A stretch of DNA of 20,842 nucleotides from Armatimonadota bacterium. Its GTDB lineage: Bacteria > Armatimonadota > Fimbriimonadia > Fimbriimonadales > GBS-DC. The stretch lies in the NCBI GenBank assembly GCA_037444405.1, contig JBBIML010000035.1, positions 1 to 20,842 of the forward strand. Reading direction: 5' to 3'. The notes beneath the pieces were generated by a model. That model was not told the DNA's origin. It did no database searches and was given only the letters and a program-made list of their open reading frames with translations. A program made the translations under genes and the position numbers. Within the stretch, counting starts at the first letter, position 1. Every line of letters begins with the position of its first letter. Of this stretch, positions 18,547 through 20,842 are shown one piece after another.

Positions 18547-18577
18547 ATGTTTACCATGCAACAGCAACGAATGTCAA
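18547..18577 (-). promoter_or_regulatory. Putative promoter of the cytochrome gene
   Basis: Minus strand TTGACA (18577-18572), 18-nt spacer ending in TGG, then TAAACAT (imperfect -10). Confidence 0.5.
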
Positions 18578-18638
18578 GAGGTTTCCAGAAAGTAAGTGGC
18601 TTACCTTTCGGTAAGTTTCGGTGGTTCAGAGCCAAAAA

Positions 18639-18727
18639 GCAGGAATCGGTTCTGCCTGCGGCGAATCACCAATCAGGCAGAAATCGAACGAAAGTTCGAA
18701 AACCCTGCCTAATCCAGAAACAGGAGG
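18639..18727 (+). ncRNA. Candidate structured cis-regulatory 5' leader (family not recognised)
   Basis: GCAGG/CCTGC closing stem around TTCTGCCTG/CAGGCAGAA (9 bp) and TCGAAC-GAAA-GTTCGA (GNRA hairpin), directly upstream of the SD. Confidence 0.4.
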
Positions 18728-18786
18728 TACAGGCGATGCAGAGACTGATCGGTAAAGCGATGGGGCTAATGGCGTTCTGCCTGCTG
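18639..18786 (+). repeat. 148-bp direct repeat, copy 1 (leader plus first 17 codons of the S8 gene)
   Basis: Matches 20695-20842 with a single mismatch (C18659 / T20715). Confidence 0.95.
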
Positions 18787-20601
18787 ATGGGCGTTCCCTT
18801 CGCCCAGCAGCCCAACCTGCCGCCCGAAACCAGCAATTGGGTAGCGGCAGAGCAACCCGCCGAGTTCGTGCCCGGCGAACTGGTCGTCGGGTTAGACCCC
18901 GCTGATCCCAAAGCGCTCCCCCTCCAGGCGATGACGCTGGTCGGCTGGGTGGTGGAGACCATCCCCCAGATCGGCGCCTATCGCGTGGTGCTGACGCCAA
19001 ACATCTCAATGGACGACGCCAAAGCGTTCCTTGAGGCGATTCCGGGCGTGCAGTATGTGGAGCCGAACTACATCTACCACGCCTTCGCTAATCCGAACGA
19101 CCCTGGCTACAGCCAGCAGTACGGTGTGCGCCGCATCCAGGCGAACCTGGCGTGGGACATCTGGCAGCCGCAGACAACCCGCTATATCGCCATCATCGAC
19201 ACGGGCATCGATTACAACCATTCTGACCTGCGCAACAAGTTCCGCCGGCTGGCGAACGGTCAGATCTATGGTTACAACACCCTGAATAACAGCACGAACG
19301 CGAACGATGATAATGGGCACGGCACGCATGTGGCAGGGATTGCGGCGGCGGAGATCAACAACGGAATTGGTGTGGCAGGTGTGGCGGGCTGGAACCCGAA
19401 TGTTCCAAACTCCAACCAGTATGTGCAGCTGATGCCTGTCAAGGTGCTGAATGCGAACGGTTCTGGCACGCTGACCAGCGTTGCCAACGGTATCACCTGG
19501 GCAGCGGATAATGGGGCGCATGTGTTGAGCATGAGCCTGGGGGGTTCCTCGGGTTCCTCCACTCTGTCCAACGCCGTGACCTATGCGTGGAATCGGGGCT
19601 GTGTGCTGGTGGCGGCGGCGGGCAATGGAGGCAGCTCCTCACCGCAGTACCCTGCCTACTACACGAATGTGATCGCGGTGGCGGCGACCGATCAGAACGA
19701 TCGGTTGACCTATTTCTCGCAGTACGGTTCGTGGGTGGACATCGCGGCGCCAGGTGGATCGATCTACTCCACCTATCGGGGCAACAGTTATGCGACGCTA
19801 TCGGGCACCTCGATGGCGTGTCCGCATGTGTCGGGCGTGGTGGCGCTGGTGTGGTCGCACGCACCAAATCTGAGCAATCAGCAGGTACGCACGATAGTGG
19901 AGCAGAATGTGGATCCGTACCAGCCCTATTCGGGTCGCACGATAGGTCCGAACGCGGGTCGTGTGAACGCCTATCGCGCGGTACAGGCGGCAGGAGGTGG
20001 CGGCGGCACGCCATCGCTGAGCAGCCTGACGCTCAATCCCAGCACGGTGGTCGGCGGGCAGAGCAGCACGGGTACCGTAACGCTCACGGCGCCCGCGCAA
20101 TCGGGCGGATTCACCGTGCAGCTGAGCAGTAGCAACCCATCGGTTGCCAGCGTGCCGTCGTCCGTCACCGTGCCGCAGGGTCAGACCTCCGCTAACTTCA
20201 CTGTCACCACACAGCCGGTCTCCAGCCAGACTCAGGTGACCATCACCGCCAGCGCAAACGGCGTCACGCGCCAGGCAACACTCACGGTGAACCCGCCTTC
20301 TGGCTCCGTGACGCTCCAGTCGCTGACGATCAGTCCGACCTCTGTGTGGGGCGGCAGCAGCGCGACCGGCACGGTTACGCTCAGCGGACCGGCGCCGTCG
20401 GGCGGTGCGGTTGTGCAGCTGCGCAGCAGCAACCCCAGCGCTGCGATTGTGCCCAGCAGCGTCACGGTACCTGCAGGTCAGCGATCCGCCAGCTTCACCA
20501 TCCGCACTACCAGCTGCTGGTACTGCTTCGTGCGTCAGGTGACCATCACGGCGACCTACAACGGCGTTTCGCGATCGGCAACGCTGACCATCTGGTTCTG
20601 A
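18736..20601 (+). CDS. Secreted S8 subtilisin/thermitase-like serine protease with propeptide and two C-terminal Ig-like repeats (621 aa)
   Basis: Catalytic triad motifs IIDTG, HGTHVAG and GTSMACPHV; oxyanion motif AAAGN; propeptide ends YVEPNY. AGGAGG SD precedes ATG 18736. Confidence 0.95.
   Translation: MQRLIGKAMGLMAFCLLMGVPFAQQPNLPPETSNWVAAEQPAEFVPGELVVGLDPADPKALPLQAMTLVGWVVETIPQIGAYRVVLTPNISMDDAKAFLEAIPGVQYVEPNYIYHAFANPNDPGYSQQYGVRRIQANLAWDIWQPQTTRYIAIIDTGIDYNHSDLRNKFRRLANGQIYGYNTLNNSTNANDDNGHGTHVAGIAAAEINNGIGVAGVAGWNPNVPNSNQYVQLMPVKVLNANGSGTLTSVANGITWAADNGAHVLSMSLGGSSGSSTLSNAVTYAWNRGCVLVAAAGNGGSSSPQYPAYYTNVIAVAATDQNDRLTYFSQYGSWVDIAAPGGSIYSTYRGNSYATLSGTSMACPHVSGVVALVWSHAPNLSNQQVRTIVEQNVDPYQPYSGRTIGPNAGRVNAYRAVQAAGGGGGTPSLSSLTLNPSTVVGGQSSTGTVTLTAPAQSGGFTVQLSSSNPSVASVPSSVTVPQGQTSANFTVTTQPVSSQTQVTITASANGVTRQATLTVNPPSGSVTLQSLTISPTSVWGGSSATGTVTLSGPAPSGGAVVQLRSSNPSAAIVPSSVTVPAGQRSASFTIRTTSCWYCFVRQVTITATYNGVSRSATLTIWF
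20017..20598 (+). repeat. Two tandem ~95-aa Ser/Thr/Val-rich beta-sandwich repeats (20017-20295 and 20314-20598)
   Basis: LxSLTxxPxxVxGGxSxTGTVTL...VQLxSSNPS...VPSSVTVPxGQxSAxFT...QVTITA..NGV.R.ATLT occurs twice. Confidence 0.85.
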
Positions 20602-20614
20602 CCTTCCCCTGAAC

Positions 20615-20657
20615 CCCAGCCACCTCTGGAGCGTCTAATGCTCTGGAGGTGGCTGGG
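20615..20657 (+). terminator. Long hairpin 3' of the S8 gene (terminator or stabilising stem, no U-tract)
   Basis: CCCAGCCACCTCTGGAGCG-TCTAA-TGCTCTGGAGGTGGCTGGG: a 19-bp stem with three G-U pairs. Confidence 0.6.
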
Positions 20658-20842
20658 CAGGAATCGGTTCTGCCTGCGGCGAATCACCAATCAGGCAGGA
20701 ATCGGTTCTGCCTGTGGCGAATCACCAATCAGGCAGAAATCGAACGAAAGTTCGAAAACCCTGCCTAATCCAGAAACAGGAGGTACAGGCGATGCAGAGA
20801 CTGATCGGTAAAGCGATGGGGCTAATGGCGTTCTGCCTGCTG
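20657..20842 (+). repeat. Direct repeat copy 2 (20695-20842), preceded by an extra tandem 38-bp unit (20657-20694)
   Basis: GCAGGAATCGGTTCTGCCTG(C/T)GGCGAATCACCAATCAG occurs twice in tandem; the sequence then matches 18677-18786. Confidence 0.95.
20792..20842 (+). CDS. Start of a second secreted protein, probably a tandem S8 protease paralog (truncated by the window edge)
   Basis: MQRLIGKAMGLMAFCLL, nucleotide-identical to 18736-18786 and with the same SD. Confidence 0.75.
   Translation, partial: MQRLIGKAMGLMAFCLL

Noticed and set aside
18639..18727. Assignment to the c-di-AMP (ydaO), c-di-GMP or cobalamin riboswitch classes
   Set aside because: Only fragments such as GGCGAATC resemble them; the core consensus elements are not visible.
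18547..18735. N-terminal extension of the S8 ORF
   Set aside because: The SD and signal peptide start at 18736.
20657..20736. 38-bp repeats as a CRISPR array
   Set aside because: The units abut with no spacers, and there are no cas genes in the window.

Overview
GC-rich bacterial chromosomal segment. The lineage is probably Armatimonadota (Fimbriimonadia-like); this is inferred from the dockerin-like 'DDADLLIVLFNFG' tail and the rpoBC insert pattern, not verified. Gene order: a 3'-truncated, Cys-rich secreted repeat protein with a dockerin-like C-terminus (minus strand, absent from the ORF track); HDOD protein; YbdK carboxylate-amine ligase; EnvC-like M23 peptidase (-); MerR-type HTH regulator; MTA/MTI phosphorylase; DinG/YoaA Fe-S helicase; a stand-alone rpoB-rpoC operon; a cytochrome P460/c'-beta family gene (-); and a thermitase-like S8 protease followed by a near-identical copy of its leader and start. 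Three signals stand out. (1) The RNA polymerase keeps its catalytic motif but is substituted at normally conserved positions in the rifampicin pocket, fork loop 2, flap tip, bridge helix and trigger helix, and carries a Zn-ribbon-like insert and a helical trigger-loop insert. (2) All five sigma70-like promoters found by eye have GG before the -10 box and 18-20 bp spacers rather than 17. (3) A structured, switch-like leader precedes the S8 protease and is duplicated with it. Alignments to E. coli were done from memory, and no search or folding was run.
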